NCBI GenBank assembly: GCA_012295275.1 | Contig: CM022669.1 | Location: forward strand, 10,106,001 to 10,170,000 | DNA length: 64,000 nucleotides | Reading direction: 5' to 3' | From: Chrysomallon squamiferum | Lineage: Eukaryota > Animalia > Mollusca | Shown here: positions 16,271-32,151 of the stretch, in pieces | Layout of the letters: the number at the start of each line of letters is the position of its first letter | How positions within the stretch are numbered: position 1 is the stretch's first letter | The notes under the pieces: generated by a model | Told to the model about the DNA's origin: nothing | What the model saw: the letters and a program-made list of their open reading frames with translations, nothing else | Databases searched by the model: none | Position numbers and translations under genes: made by a program

Positions 16271-19200
16271 TAATGTTTTATGAATGAAATAATTTAATAA
16301 AATGTTTTAGTGGAAAATGTTTTGTGGAAAATATATTTGTTTTCTCAAACTGATTTGATTTATTCTTCAAGTTGTTAAAATTTAATACAGAAAATATCCT
16401 TGACCATGCAGATTGTATCTCAAAGCAGCATGACTTCGCATATTGTTACAACATCAGAGGTGTTTAATTCCACTCAAAAACAGACAATCTTATCACTAAT
16501 CACAACAAATAACACAAACTGGCAAAAATGTTGTTATAAATTTTAATTTGCCTTATTCTGATTTAACAAGACTAACAAATCATGTTTCAAAATCAGCCGA
16601 CTGGAATCTTAATATTTTTCATTCCAGAATTTTACTCCCCAACTACAACCATACTTGATCTTTTGTACATAACTGATAATAATTATATTACAGATAATAC
16701 AAAAGCAATTGTAAGTTCCAAAATAGTTATCTTACCTGTAAAAAACACTTGACATCAGAAAACCCCAAAGTGGTGGACACCTTGTGAAGAATGCCTTCAG
16801 GACTTTCTCCTTCTAAAGATATCTGTGCATTATGCATAGCTTCTACCAGAAACTGATAAACAAGAGAACATTAATATGGAAGACAAGAAGAAAAGAAGAA
16901 AAAAAAAGAATTTGAGTGGTAGTGTTTAAAAACACCTCACCATATAATTACCGAAATTCACTGAGCATTTTTGAAAGACAAATATGAAGAAGTAATCTTA
17001 TTTATTTATGCTCTATGCAATTATTTAAGAAATATAAAAATATATTTCTTTAAAATCTATTTAAAAATATGATTTGAAAACTCCATGTTAAATTTTTAAA
17101 ATAATTAAATTTGCCAACATCTTTAACATGACAACTAAAAAGGAGCAAATAAATAAAACTATTTATAATACTTGCATTACATATAGCCTGGCGAAAATCA
17201 ACAAACAGATTCTGTGGCTTTATTTTTTTGTGTTTGGCCACTGCCTGAAACTGTAAAACATTTACAACACATTAAGAAATGAAGATGATATTAACATTCT
17301 AATGAAATATTAAATAGCAATGATATTCAAAAATAAATTTTTGTCATTCTGTTATTCAGACAGAAACTAATCTTGAAAAAAATCAGAAATAATTATATCA
17401 GAATTTTATCTCAGAAAACCATAAAATAATAAATATTACTGAAAATAAAAACTGAATTATCAGTTTACTATATTTTGCTACTGTTGTAGGGTTAAATACA
17501 GATAAACAATGAAACAAATATTCAGTAAATAGCCTGGGACACAACTAGACAATCCAGCCATTTAACCATGGTATCAAGAAAAAAAAAAAAAAAAAGAAAA
17601 GAGAAAACAAATCCTACAGATTTTAAATTTTGTTTTCATTATATTTAGTTTCTTTTTAGCTGAACCCTTTCAAGCTTTTCTTTGTTTTCTTGTGAAAATT
17701 ATCCCACGTTACGAGTGGAATTAAGGGAAGTTTATAATATTGTACTACCTGTAGATGTCCAATAGCTGCTATTGATGGTATAGGAGAGAGAATACTTTCC
17801 AAAAGACTAACAATGACAACCAGTAGAAGATCTCCTTCGGCAACTCTGAATTTAAAGTTTTTAAAAATACTGGTGAAATCTTTATTTATTTATTTTTTGT
17901 TTTGTTATTATTGTTATATTATCTTATATTTTTCATTCATTATTATGCAAACAAATAAAAGTCACAACAATAACAATGATTATATAATAAATAATAATAA
18001 AATGATATTATATCTTCCAGATAATGTCATTTGAATTATTAGTTTTAAAATGTATATTAATATAAACAATAAGTTTCTTAAATATAATATCTGTGTGTAA
18101 GTGTGTGTCTGTATGTACATTATATATTATACATATTCAAAAATTAAATTCAATGAAGACAATAAAACACAAAATTCACAATAAATATAGGAAATTTAAA
18201 AAAAATTAAATTAAATTTAAGAATTACAAAGTAATGCAGTTATGAAAATATTTTAATTCGTATATAAATACTACTGTTAAAATGAAGGAAACTGACCTCC
18301 AGATGGACTTACCTGCCAATATGACCAATGGTCAAAGCCACTGTTTCCTGAAGTAGTGTTTTATTGTCGTTAACAGCCTGGACATAGGATTCTTTCAGTG
18401 TTTTCACTATGACATGTTCTGTCTCTCTCGCCTGATTCTGCCCACTTTCGCCAGCTACCAGCAAACATTCAATCACTTTGCTGAAATAATACTTTTATTA
18501 TAAACAGGGATAAACACTATTTTCTGATAAAATGTCATTTGCATGATTTTATTACTGTAATGTTTCAAAAAAGAAAATACAACTCCTTTATTAAAGCCCA
18601 TGGTTGTTTTTTTTTGATTTTCATACTCAATAAAATATATTTTGTTAATGTGATTTCAAAAATCTTTAGATTATTTTACATTTATGAAAAAAAAAATACA
18701 CTAAAAAAAATGTATTAATGAAGCCCTTTAAAAAAAAAAAAAAAAATTGAACATTACAATTATCATAATCATCATCATATTACACATATATTGCAGAAAA
18801 TGCATAATCTAAACATGAAACATGTTAGGATATTAGAATTCCATGTTTTATCAATTTTACATAATGTATCATTATAAAGATTTATTAAAGTATTATGAAA
18901 TATGTTGATTGCAGAAAATCCCACCTGAACTGAAATCGAACAAAATAATCCTCATCCTTGATGAGTTCCAAGCATTCTGTTACCAGGGCAAATGTGGCAG
19001 CGTGATTTGTAGACAGCCTCATGTGAGTGAACATCTGTCTCAGACTTGTGATGAAAGCTGAAACCAAATACTATCGATTGCAAAATCGTGAAATGGAAAC
19101 TACAAACTTTATTACTCATAGGCAGAAATCTCTCATTCTCTCCATCCATATACCACCTATCCATCTATTTATCTATGTGTCTGTCTATCTGAGTTGTATG

Positions 19201-21780
19201 AGGGATGTCATCAAAATGTGTCTCTTATACAAAATGCCAAATTCACAAATACCAACAGGGCATCCAGTTTAACAACTTTTTAAAATTAAAGACATAAGGA
19301 TTATACAAATAAAAAGATCAGCATGTAAAAGTGACATTGATATTCTGTTAGCTTTATTATATATTATAATCTGAAGAGTTGGTTTCATGTCTTGCCTTTT
19401 GTTATATTAAGAGGAGGCAAGTATGTTATAATTCTAAAGTCACCAAAATTCAAAAGAAAGCACTTCATTATCATTTCAACAATTTTTATTGATATGAATA
19501 CTCAATGTACACATTATTTGGAGCCAAATATATAAACAATGTACCTCAAAATTATATTTGTAGGGATACTTATTATCAAGTACTTGTACAAATATACTGA
19601 CAATAGTTACTGTATATTCAAAAGTATTTTATTAAGAATAAAAACCTTTTTTCAACTCCACATCACTGGACTGAAGCAATATGAAGAATTCTTTCAGTAA
19701 GCTGGGTTCGACTGGTGATGGTTTAGTCTGCGTTCGGCTGCTTCGAGGTAAACCTGTTTTAGAATCATCTATATCAAAAAACAAATATATATATATACAT
19801 ATATCCATTAAACAAAATTAGCATTAACTAATAATAATTCTCTCATGGAATTCTTTAATCTTTCAAGACATAAAAGGGACTACAAGGAGAAAATAAAATT
19901 ATTAGATTAAAAAAAATAATATAGAAGAAAACAAATTCAGCATTCTCTCATGGAATTCTTTAATCTTTCAACAGACAAAATGTACAAAAAAAGTAAATAA
20001 CAAAATCTATATATTAAAAAATATCTATATAGATATTACACCCAGGAAACTTTTATATGTGAACTTTATGCATACATGTAGGCCTACAATGTCTTACTCG
20101 ATGATCAAGAAAGATGGTGATTCCTAGCATCCAGAATTGATCATTCAGGTTTTAGTTAATTAGATGTTAATGGCTGAAAAGGTGTTATTTTCATGTATGT
20201 ACATTTTTTAAATCTATATTATGGCTAAACAAAAAATATTACACCCAGGAAATTTTCATATGTTTTAGTTAACATGTGGGAGATTAAAATTCAATAAAGG
20301 TCATCTCAAGGTCACGTGATCCACACAGTCAATTTCAAGGTCATAGCAAAGGTCAATAGGTCAATGTACTCCAATATTTTCCAAACTGAACAAAAATGGC
20401 AGATTTGGAATCCTTGTCATATTACCTTTTCAACAATACCAATTTTATGAAGATTGGCCCAGTAGTTCCTGAGATATGAGGGTTCTATGGTTGGTGGTCA
20501 TGCCCATTTTTGCCCAAAATCGCAAAATTTGGTGGGCCATATCTCCCACACCACTGGTCTGATTGGGCTAATATTTCAGATTTGGTGCTGTGGGATCCCA
20601 GTCAACAAGTATACCAAGTTTTTTTTGGGGGGGTGATTTGACATGGAATGACCCTATATCTATAACTATATCTATCTATATATATATATAGGAAAAAACA
20701 AGCTCAGCATTAACTAGTAATAATTATCTTATTGAATTCTTTAATCTTTCAACAGATAAAATGTATAAAAGATAAAAATAAAATCTATATATCAAAAAAA
20801 TAAAATACAAGAAAACAAATTCAGCATCAACTAATAATAATTCTCCCATGGAATTCTTTTATCTTTTGGAAAATAAAAGGCACTAAAACTATTGTTGATT
20901 ATTAAATAGGAATAATACTTTCATCTGATCAGAAAAGTATTTTATAAATTAAAATGAGCCTGTAACTGACAAAATAAAAATCTGTTTGATTAAAAGCCAA
21001 ACAACACATAATAAATGGTGAAATGGATTCATATATTGATAACAAATATTAAAAACGTCACTGAAAATAAAATAATAGTTTTCTTATTATTCATACATAT
21101 TAGAAGCTAAGAACACTACTAATGGCAAAATATAACTTGTGTTTTCACAAAGTACAAAATTAATACCTCCAGCATCATCACAGACTGAGCAGCTGATACT
21201 TCGATGTTTGTAAATGGGCTCAAAACTTTTTGAAAAGTCTTTCCTAGCCAAAATAAACATTAATCTTATGTGAAATATGTTTTGATGCATTTACAAATTA
21301 ATATAATAACTCTTAAAACACATTAGTTCATAAATATTTCAAAATATTCATTATACTGCTTGTCTAATATACAAATAAGAACATTCAAAACAGTAAATAC
21401 AATTATTTTATAGTGTTGAAAATGAAATTGATATATAATTGTACTTAGAGAAATACAAATTGAAGAAAAAATATAAGTACAGTACTCATACTTAAACACT
21501 GGCAGAAATTCAACAAACATTCCAAAAAATAAAATCTGGTAAATGAAACAGTAATTTATAAACAAACTGTTTTTTCAACAACTTGTATATTATTTCAAAC
21601 AGCAGTAAAAATAAAAAATAATAGTATTTACTCACCATGCCAAGACAACCTTACGACCAACAATACAAACAAAGAGACCAAGTGAACTGGCGAGCACAGT
21701 TTGCAGATTGACATCCTTGTCATGGATCAGTGGACTGAAAATAAAATTAAAATAAAAGTAATACTAATAATAGCAGCAGC

Positions 21781-21819
<39 letters not shown>

Positions 21820-24800
21820 CATGATGATGATAAGAAGAAGAATCAAACTGAAACCTAAATAAATTTATTATTATCAAATTAAATATTATTTTGAAATAAC
21901 TGATTCTTCAGTTATAAAAAAATTCAAATCATTCAAATGTGGATGATCACATCAGAATATATAATTTATTTTCTTATTTGTTATTGTTTTTATTATTGTT
22001 GTTTTGTTAGTATTATTATTATCATTATTATTATTATTATCCATTATTATTGCTATTATCATTGTTAGTATTATTTGAAGATGATCACTTATCATTTATT
22101 TTCTACAGTTTACATATATTTAAAATTTTTAAAAATTATAAAGATACAAAAAGGCACTTAATTAGTTTTTAAACTCATGACGTTTCCAAAGTAGTGGTGT
22201 ATTAAAATAGTTATTATGTAATCAATACAAAACTCACGAAACCAAATCAACAAGTAGATGGTTGCCACTGACACCCAGACTGGTCAACAGGAATGGAAAA
22301 GATTTCAGGGCAACAAGCCGGGTTGTTGGATCTGCCTGAAATAATCCAAGACATTTTATTTAATCTTATAAACAGAAAATTTGTCACAAATGTAAAAATA
22401 GCAAACAGACTTTAGGCTCAAGTTTCACAAATGGTAATGAGAATGTGTTTTGTACATATATTGTTGTACATAAAAATAATATTTGAACAAAATGTTATAA
22501 CTTCTATTTTTCTTTAAAATTACATCGTATATTGATAGTATGTAATAATATAATGATTTTTAGACTTTCTTCAGCTTCTGTGTATCCATAGAAATTTGTT
22601 GTTTTCAGAACTTCTTCCATACTCTGCTAGCAAGTACATTATATTTAATGTCATATTCAAAGCAAAGCAAATTTAATGTTGTTTAGAAAATAAAATCGGA
22701 TGATTTTACAAAAGCTAACAAAAAAAATGGATTTATTTTTAATAGATCTCAAGATATTTAAAAGGATACTGAAACAGCCGCCATGTAAAATTCATTGACT
22801 TCCAAGTCTACTTACAAAAACGTGTTTGAAAACATTTATTCTCCACATTGAAGCAACTTCTTTAGGAAAATGTGCCAGAACTTGAATACATTCACAGACC
22901 AACTCTTTATCTAAAACAAACATTATTTATCTCAATATCACTGTCTTTTGACCAATAGTTTTTTTATACTTCAAGAACTATTGTAATATTTTTCACTTAT
23001 CAGTTATAAGCATGAAATCTATATCTTTCTTTTCTTTTAATAGAAAATGATTTATAATCAAGACAATTTCTATAATATTAAGTTTACAATAATAACCAAA
23101 CTGTACCAACTGTTTGAAACTATATTATTTAATTACAGCTACTTTCTATGTACAAAAGTAATACACATCATCTACAAATTTAAACTGATTCCACATCTTG
23201 TTTTACTATTTAGTACATATCTGTAACTGTTATTTAATTTGAATTTAGATAATACTCTTTTTTTTCTGTACTATAATTTCATAAGTGTCACTAAAAACAG
23301 GGTCTAATCTATAAGTAAACAATATGGTACCTATTTTCTCTGCTAATATACAGCTTAGCTTTCCGATTTGTTTTGAATCTGCTGGTCTTAAGTCGAGCCA
23401 AGAAGGGTCATTCTGTGAAAAAGCAATAATATGTATATTTTCACACACACACAGGGTCAGACAGAGAGAGAATAATATTACATTTGATTAATATTAATTT
23501 TTCTTTAAAAAAACAAAATAATAATTTTTAACTTCATAAAACAATATAAATTAATAAATAAATAAATAAATTACAAAGAAAATGACGTTTTGGTTAAACT
23601 TTATTTATTTTCTTAAGAACATTTAAAAAGAATAAAACAAAATTTTTCTAATTTAAATGGAAATTTAATAAACAAATTATAAATTAAAAAAATCAAAACA
23701 AATTCAACTGATGTGGCTATTTCTAAATCAAAAAAAAAAAAAATGTCACTAGGAGAAATAGACAACATGATAAATGGCAAGGTACCTTTTCTACCTAACC
23801 CTCAGAAAGGAAATATTAATTCAATAAAGTTATAACTGATGTGGTACACTTACAGGAAGCCAGGGAATGGAAATAATCCAAACAAATTCTGTGAAGAGAT
23901 CTGAAGTGGTAGCTGTGGAATCTGTTTTAAAATGTCAAATATTGGACTGTCTATAATTTCAAAGTTTTACATTAGGTCATTTTGCTATTTTACAAACACT
24001 TATTGTTTTAAAACAGAAAACATCCTTATAATGTTATCTAATTTGAAATTTTATTTTATATAACATATATTGTTTTTAAAAAGGATCAAACACTCTTAAA
24101 GTGTTATCAAATTACTAAGTTTTATTTATATTTTGTTATTTTTGTTACAAGCTTCAATATGTCAAACATATAACTGTTATCAAATTATAAAGTTTTATTT
24201 AAACATAAACTGTTATTTTTACAATTACTTATTTACTACTGAAGAATCTGATTTTTGAACCAATCATTTGATAACTATAAAGATAAAACATTACTCAGTT
24301 TTGTAAGATGATCAATGTGAGAAACTCTTCTGAGTAACAATATTAAACAAAATCTTAACAAACTGCCCATTTTAAACAAAAATATTTCAAACACTTACCC
24401 AGGACAGTAAGAACAGAACCTATAGACTTTATTATGAGTCCATAAACATCATTAACTGCAGTTACTTTGTACAAACAATGTTTCCAAACTTCGGTCATTT
24501 CTTTCAACATAGCACAACTGATCCAGGACAAAAATTCACAAAATCTGCAATATTTACCACAGAAAAAAAATTTGATAGTTAAAAAATAATTACTTCTGTT
24601 TCAAATTTATTAAAAGTGTATAAACATCTTCTGTAAATTATTTGTTTCTTCAGAATGAAAGGAAGAAAGAAAATGTGTTAAACAAAAAGTCATTATTATT
24701 TCATGTTAAAAACCTGTGCTGTCATATCACTGCATGCTCAACTAATTAACAGCCATGAATGTTTTTATGTTTTTATTTGATAAACATAAAAGCACATAGG

Positions 24801-27564
24801 AAATCTCTGGCATTTGAAAAACAACTGTTTGAGATACTACTAATTGGTACACAACATTAAAAGTGAAGACTTTGATTTAAAGTGCTTGATAAGAAATATT
24901 CAGGAAACTGTTCCATAAGAACTAACTTTACCAAAACATCTGTATCAAGCTTTGAAACCCAAATTTTTATCAATTATCATCTTTTTTAACATACATGATG
25001 ATGTAAAAATATTATGACATAAAATAATGTTGAGTTATTTTAATTTTAAATTTGGAGAATTTTTATAAACATATATTTCTATTGCTTTACCTGGAAGGTA
25101 AATTCTGTTTCTTTGACAATACAACACACCTGGCTGATACTTCTATCAGAACACTGACTGCTTTTAGCACACACAATGGTTCACTTATCTGCCAAAACAT
25201 GTGTATTCATATTATTTAATATTTTATTAATTGTAGAGATAATGTTAATTACATATATCACATTAACTGAAGATCTTAATTTCATTGGAAAGTATCACAT
25301 TGTGGAAATACTTTGATAAGAAAATAAAAATAAGTAATATTATCAGTGAATTTTAAAAACATACAAGTTTCTACCTGTATGTGAATAATTTACAGACAAA
25401 ACTGTCATGCCAGACCCTGCAGTAACATGAACTGGAATTTTAACCCAGCTGGGTTTTTTTATATTATATTATGCTTTTTGATTACCCCTCTATAAGACAC
25501 CATCTAACTGTTTTTACACAAATCATTGCATCATAACAGCTTGCTATGTTATATGTGAAATAGACTTTTTTCAAGTCAACCACATATCCAATGACTTTCA
25601 TCGTATTAAACGCATGCACCCATACTGCAGAAAAACCCCCAAATAATCCAGGTACGTTTTCAGTTTCCCCTGCTTTTAAAGGCATGCTGTTATATCTGAA
25701 GAAATGTGCTATTGTCCAAAACTTTTGTTTTTTTTTTTTTTAAATACTCTGTTACCATTATGATTCCTTTGTGCAAAACATCTGCAATTACCTGTTTGTC
25801 ATTCAGTAATACTTTCACTTTCTCAAGCAACTTTAGAAAAGCTGGCAACTTCACGAGTTTGATTTCATCACATGATTTGTCTTCAGTTAACTTTCTGAAA
25901 ATAATATCACACTTAGAAAATAACATCTGCATCTTCACATCTCAAAATTTAACTATTTTTTCTTTTCCTTGACTTAATGATACCACTGAACACTGGTTAT
26001 TTTTTAAATTTGTGGTTGATTTCCAACACATGAAATAAACTCCATTTATGCAGTCTCAGTATTGATTCTGTCATACAGTTTTATAAAGACAGGGATTATG
26101 TGCAAAACATAGTTTATTTTGTGAAAATAAAGAGAAAACAAAGCAATACCTTTTCCTTTTAATTTGAGACATGACATTTGTCTTCTTTTGACTCTTGTTT
26201 TCTCGATTTTCTGTTGAATCTGCAGCTCCATCAGCAGCATTTTGGACAGGCACAGTTTCGTTTACTTCCCACAAAATTAGATGACACAAAGGCACAATAA
26301 CAAACTGAAATATCACCAACACTGAGCAGTTTAAAGAAAAAATAAATCTTACTCTTAGATGTTTGACAAAAAATAATGTAATTTAATATCAGAGAAACAT
26401 AAACATATTTAAATATAAAAGTAATTTTAGTATGACATCATAAATACTGAAATAACAATGTAATTTAATATCACAGAAAGGTAATATATTTAAATATAAA
26501 ACAAATTTTAGTATGAGGTCATAGAATCACAACAAATTTAAATATGAGATCATTTAAATGTAACACATTAAATGCCATTAAAATATAAACTTAACAAATA
26601 TAAAGTGTAATTTAGTATCAGCTCATGTAAAGACAAATATAAAATGTAATTTAGCATCAGATAACTAAATTATCCTATCTATTTTGGCCATAGCACAAAC
26701 ATAATAATGGTGAAAAATCTGCAGAACAATTACTCCTGAAGGTATATGCTAGAAAAGATACCTCTGAAGAGAGAGAAGATCCAAAAGAGTCTAAAAAACA
26801 AGACATCAGTTGGTTTCTCAGAGTTCCATACACCTTGAGTAAGCTTTGTGGAATTTTCTTTATGAGGTGACAAATAAACAGCGACAGGCTGTTTCTCAGC
26901 TTTGCTTGAAACAAAACAAAACAAGGAAATAAAAATAATAGAAAACAATAATATTACTATTAAACATATAAAACATATGAATTTAAAAAAAAAAAATAAT
27001 GAAAATTGAAATCAGAATAAAAACCTGATGACAATACTTCCATGGGTTGGCTACCTTTACCAATTAGCAAAAATATATCTAATTATGGACCTTCCCAGAG
27101 TCGGTAAACCTTTGATAAATAAAAAAAAACAGCATCTGGGTTGGCAACAGCAGAACTGGTGTAGTGAAATGGGTTTGTCTTATTGTTTCTCATGAAAGCA
27201 CTTCAAAAATTCTTCATAATAATCTCCAACAATACTTTTAATATTTTGCAGTAAAATAAATGGACACTGATTCATATGACTACTTTCAGAAACATGAAGG
27301 ACAATCAAAAGCTGATTATGAATAATGATTATTAAAATGCAATACCTGTGTGTAGTGTGTTTAGACTGAACTGTGTCATGTGTTCTGTGACATATTGCAG
27401 TGTGTTTTCTGACTGTGACACAGACAGGTGATTCAGTTCATGTGATTTCTTGTCACTGGAGATAATCTCATCAAGTATTTCAGCACATTTTTCTTCCAGC
27501 TTTATAGCTTTTCTTTATGAATAAATAAATAAATAAATAAATTGTTAACAACAATAATAACAAC

Positions 27565-27644
<80 letters not shown>

Positions 27645-30600
27645 TAATAATAATAATTCTGTATCATTTATATTACATCCCAATATACTTTCTCCTTCAA
27701 TTTCCAACAAAATGTAAAAACTAATTATAGAATTTAAATGATTTATTGCCCCTTTGATGAAAGTGCATATGTATATTATTGGAAAACTGTGGCCTTAAAG
27801 TATTTAACAATCACTTTTTGATTAAAAAAACAAAATAATAATAAAATAAAATATAGAAAAATGAAATAATTTAATCATTTTGACTGTGAAAATAGACCAA
27901 CACTGCTGGGAACAACTATAATGAAATTTTTAACAGATATTTCACAGAAAATATTTATCACAACAGAAATAAGTACAAAATAAAATTTAAAAACTTGCTC
28001 AGTTTCCAACTGATGTTTTCCTGAGAGAAGTAATTTTATCAGGGCCTCAACACAAGATAGGAAATACTCCCTGATGTCCAACAATGGCAAACCACTGTCA
28101 TGAATAATGATTGTCAGAACTGTTAATGACACCTGAAAAGAACAAAAAAAGTAAAATTGAAACCCCAGAAAAATCACAAAGCACTTTTAGACTGGATATT
28201 TTGCTGATATTAAGGAAACAGACTTTCAAATGTGATAACGCTATTTTATGTGACTGATGTTTAATTTGATATTGTTTTCTTATTCTGAAGAATTTTTGTA
28301 TGAAATGTATGTAAAGTTTCGATTTGTTTTTGTTTTTCTGTTCTAAAGATCTTTTGCATAATATGTATGGTAGGTATTGCTTACTTTGAGTGTAACATTT
28401 CCAAGAAAACTGTAAGATTTGTGTTATTAAAAACATGAGTTAGTGTGTAAATATCCAAAGAAAAAAGAAAAAAGAAACAATCACATACTGATGTATCAGA
28501 ATTTCACATTTTTATTCTGAACAATGAGTGTTAAAATAATTACTCTGCACCTCCAAAACATAACTAGTAGTCATTAAATACAAACAAAACATAAAAAAAG
28601 TAACTGATTTCAAAACAGAATTTCAATTAAATACTTGAACTTGTTTTGGGGTTTTTCTATTTTGTACTCTGAAAAAATGTCTTCTCCGATTGCATCACAT
28701 GTATTAAACATACACTGTTACTTACAACTTTGAGGTCAAAACCACCAAACTCCAGCTGACAACATAATGAACCCCACACAATACGTAGCAGATGTACATC
28801 AAACTGAGAGATATCCGTTATCAGCTGTTGAATAATATTGCTGGAAAATAAAGATTAAAAGTACTGAATAATATTGCGTAACTTTCGGACTCTACTTAAC
28901 AATTCTTAAACTATGTTACTGAAAAATAAACAGTGTCAGTTGTAATAAATATTTTAATAATTTAATAATAACCATAAATTAAAGATTACTAGTACTATTT
29001 AACAATTCTCAAATAATGTTACTGAAAAAAAATAATGAAAGTCTCTTTTAACAATATTGTGATAGGTAAAACAAACACTGGTAATATTAAGTTTTTATCT
29101 GTGTCACAAGTTTATTTAACAAAGATTAGATTCCTACGTTAGGCCAACTTGAAGCAGTTCACATTGTTCTTCATTTTGTATCCTAAATGGTACTTCAGCA
29201 ACAACGATTTCCTGTTCCAACAATGGTATCTCCTGTAAGATAAAAATATTTATCTCAGTTTGTATCCAAAATATTTAATATTAAATTGAAGTCAATGATA
29301 TAACGTGATCCATCATGCTAGTTATATTAAGAATAATGCCTAAATGTAAGTCCACTGTTAAAATGCTTGCTTAATGCAGAATTAGTGTAGCATCTAGTCT
29401 ATTTAAGACAATAAAATCATTGTCTATATAACAAAGGCTAGGATGTATACTTTCCTGTCCATTGGAAGGGCCTATATAAGATTTGTCAAAATAAAGATGT
29501 AATGGATAGAATTATAGTGTAAAAACTATATTCTGACATAGCTCTGTTAAAATATGTTTAGCTGTAATTAAATGTTGTTGTAAATTCTTTAATAATACCT
29601 TATATAAAAATAATTTTTAAAATGATCATAATACAGAAAACTTGACATTTTAAAAATGTTTTGTAAATCAATAACAACTATCAACCTTTCAGTAATTTTA
29701 ATTTTTAAACACTGTTGATATGTTTTATAATTTTAGAAATATTTTTAAGTACTTGTTTACTATTTCTTAATAATGCCTATGATTTGTAAATAAGCAGAAG
29801 AGCTACAAAAACAATAAAAAGAAAATGATTACATACTGGATCAGCCAGACTTTTATGCAGGTCATCAATGGAAACCTCAAACTTGTGAAGAAGCAAAGAA
29901 CTGGAACTCTGTGTCTCCCACAAAGTTTCACTGATCTGCACAAGTTCTAAGAAATATAAAATAACACTAGGAATAAAATATAACCAGAAGTCACCAACTG
30001 TGCTCTTTAAATTGTCATTCCTACCTACTTCTAGTCATACACATTGTTAAGTGTTGAGAATATAAATTATTTTTTCATCTGTAGTCATTCATTTTCAACT
30101 ATCAGTTCATAACAATGACTAGTCATATTCATTGATTGGTCCCAAAAATATCTTCAGTTTATAATTATTTCAAATATATATATATATAATATAAATGAAG
30201 CATGTAATCCTACATTGCCCAACTATAAATCATCTCCATATTCATAATTCTACATTAAAATGTACATCACTGATCTGTAAATAATATTATGTTGATAGCC
30301 ATGTTTTATTATTTTAACAGATGTTAAATAACATTACTTTGAAACACATAACAACTGCACTTGAAATGATTTTAATATTTAAACCTTTTTGTCACTTTAG
30401 TAACTAAACTATATCCATTTATTTGCATATTTGCTATACCAATTTATTGTAAGTATTATTATGCATAAACATCAAATGTCTATGACAATGTTAATTATTT
30501 AAAACAGGTTAATTTTTCAAATTTCAGATACAGCATTCTTTAACAGTCACACACTAGCTAGGAATTTATCAATAATGATAGGAATGTTCCACCAGTTTTC

Positions 30601-32111
30601 ATATAAACATTTTCAACAAAAAACCAACATGTTTTCCAACTCAGGTATTTTTTTCATTTAAAAGTCCACTTCAGTTATTTTATTTCAAAACAATGATGCA
30701 AACAAATATAAATTAGTGAGGGAACCACAAACAGAATGCAGCTTGTCAACAGAAATGATGATGGATAAGATATCAATGCAAAGGTATCTTTAGACATACC
30801 TGCTAAAGCCTGAACAAGTTCAGCTGCTAGGTGTCGAAAAACAAACAAGTCACGATTCAGAGCTGTCTGTAGTAGTTTGGTTACAATGGACACACATTCA
30901 TCATGGTGTCCATTAATATCGGGAATGCCCAACAAACAAACAAGTCGACCAATAAACCATGAACAGAACACTAAAAAACAATGTGTCACAAAATCACACA
31001 AAGTATACTATTGTGTAATGCTATATTATAGTGTGTGTATGTGTGAGTATATGCATATAATATAGCACAATATTTAATGAAAAACTTTAAATACAAATAA
31101 AAAAACAACAGAGAGTGGATGATCATCATCAATAACAGTTTAAATAGACTAGAAGTGAAAACAAAACAGGACAGAATACAAACTTTAACATATTTGAATG
31201 CAACTGGAAATGATATTTGAAATATAACTGAAAATAATTCATAATATTTAAGATACAACAAACTATTAGATTACAAGGCAACAATTAAATAAATTAAACA
31301 ATCATATTCTAAATAATATTTACTATGACACAGACTGAAAATAGTATAGTTTAAAGCAATGGCCATTTAAATAAAATGGAATACACCTATAATTTATAAT
31401 ATAATTAATACTTTACCATTAGAAAGTTTAGCATCCGTAGTTGCTTCTCTTGTGTGAGATGGTGTTGATGCTGGTGCAGGGTCTGAAGGTGATGTTCGGA
31501 TGAAAAGTTCTGGTTTTGCCTTGATACAATGATGACACCATTGTAGAGACATGTATGATTCACTCTTATGTCCCAGTTTGTTCAGAGACTCTGACACTAC
31601 AGAAATAAACAAAACAATCTACAATAAAGTATCCTTACAAACTTGTGTCAGTGAAAAAAGTACTAAAATATGTAAAACAAATCTATCTATATATACATAT
31701 AAATAAATACACACACACACACACGCACACACTGTCTGAAATATATGCAGCAAAATTATGTGATAGGTTTTTAGAATCTGCATGATAATATGACATCATA
31801 TTGAATAAAATGATCACTGAGCATTCTTAGATATGAAACTTACCCCTGTTGATGTCTGTTAAAAAACTGCTGACAAGGGATGTAATTGCTATTCTTCCCC
31901 GTGATAAGTTTTTATTATCACCATCATCACTACATCTAAGAGAAAATACAAAAATAATTCATTACAACTGGAACAAAATGGATGGATGGATGAATGACCA
32001 GATATATGTATGTATATTCATATTATGATTATTTTATATAGTAGCAAACAGAACATAAAACTTTACATGTGTATCATTGTACATATTTGTGCATCTGTGT
32101 ATATGTTTGTG

Positions 32112-32151
<40 letters not shown>

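Noticed and set aside
25395-25690. Possible small MITE in an ATR intron (ORF 25482-25685)
   Set aside because: Only a weak terminal match and no clear TSD; the ORF is not needed in the ATR exon chain
26753-26761. Possible U12-type donor GTATCTTTT in ATR
   Set aside because: One mismatch to GTATCCTT and no convincing TCCTTAAC branch point before the acceptor at 26305
27480-27724. Poly-Leu/poly-Ile ORFs (similar low-complexity ORFs at 32302-32644, 51416-51710, 54425-54775, 58635-59001)
   Set aside because: Translations of (AAT)n/(TAC)n microsatellites, not genes
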